Positions 63,512-64,000 of a stretch of 64,000 nucleotides of DNA are shown here, one piece after another (within the stretch, counting starts at the first letter, position 1; the number at the start of each line of letters is the position of its first letter). The DNA comes from Dicyema japonicum (lineage: Eukaryota; Animalia; Dicyemida). Made by a program: the position numbers and the translations under genes. Under the pieces are notes generated by a model. The model worked only from the letters and a program-made list of their open reading frames with translations. It made no database searches and had not been told where the DNA came from. Location: NCBI GenBank assembly GCA_011109175.1, contig RDEW01000023.1:86257-150256 (forward strand). The letters run 5' to 3'.

Positions 63512-64000
63512 GCCATTATCACAATCGAATAATAAATGAGTATGTCACGTGATAAACCTCAAAAATATAATTTGTTTTATGTCAACAAATCAAAATACTG
63601 AAATTCTATTATTAAAATAGCATATAGAGTTTCCCCCAATATGGTAAGAATAATATTCTGTATAATCATTTTTCGTTCTCATTTACTCCTTCCAACCAGG
63701 CTCAACGTTTCGATAAAAGGCAGTTTGTTAGGACCAAAAACATTTGAGATTTTACCTGAAATCGTTTGGAAGAATAACTTCTTTTACAAAGAATCAAATT
63801 TTTCTTTTTTCTTGCCAGTTTCCAGGAAAACATTAACGTTTTGAAAATGTGTACAATCGAAATTCAACAGATAACACTTTCCTTATTCCTAGTGTTGTTA
63901 TTCGTTCTGGTCTACCCATCTATTCCTAAACAGGTTCAAGCAGACAAGTGAAGACTTGGAAAATTAAACTAATCTGATTTACAAGCACAGTTTTTTATTA

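Noticed and set aside
63455-63525. Possible L1Tc-like HDV ribozyme at the 5' end of LINE family V (cgcca/tggtg stem, gactaa)
   Set aside because: P1 is imperfect and no P2 partner was found by eye; it needs a family consensus.

Overview
AT-rich metazoan genomic window. Compact protein-coding genes, most broken by very short (about 20-26 nt) GT-AG introns, are interleaved with decayed transposable elements. Micro-introns plus an innexin point to a dicyemid mesozoan (inference, not proven). Recognisable genes: an SLC17/sialin-type transporter, EPT1/SELENOI-like phosphotransferase, LCAT/PLA2G15-like lipase, innexin, glutamine synthetase, rpS19, PXK, RGS22-like, LIPT2 and a TRAF-type RING protein. 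Two further minus-strand gene-like regions could not be identified. Elements: APE-type LINEs (one family in 4 copies, RTE-like, others), restriction-like-endonuclease retroelements (R4-like and CRE-like), hAT, Tc1/IS630 and Ginger2-like remnants, and several SINE-like families. Top observations: (1) a covarying RNA core with HDV-ribozyme-like double-pseudoknot topology shared by SINE-like families with different heads and tails; (2) a 2A-like StopGo motif (GDVKANPGP) at the start of a LINE APE-RT ORF; (3) a shared GGGG(G)T(T)AATAA 3' signature and tail-to-tail targeting among retroelements; (4) several single-base frame breaks in conserved genes, probably assembly errors but testable for recoding or editing; (5) an apparent GT-GG intron and a 33-nt gap between LIPT2 and RGS22. 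All translations, alignments and folds were done by eye and homologue comparisons are from memory; no searches were run.
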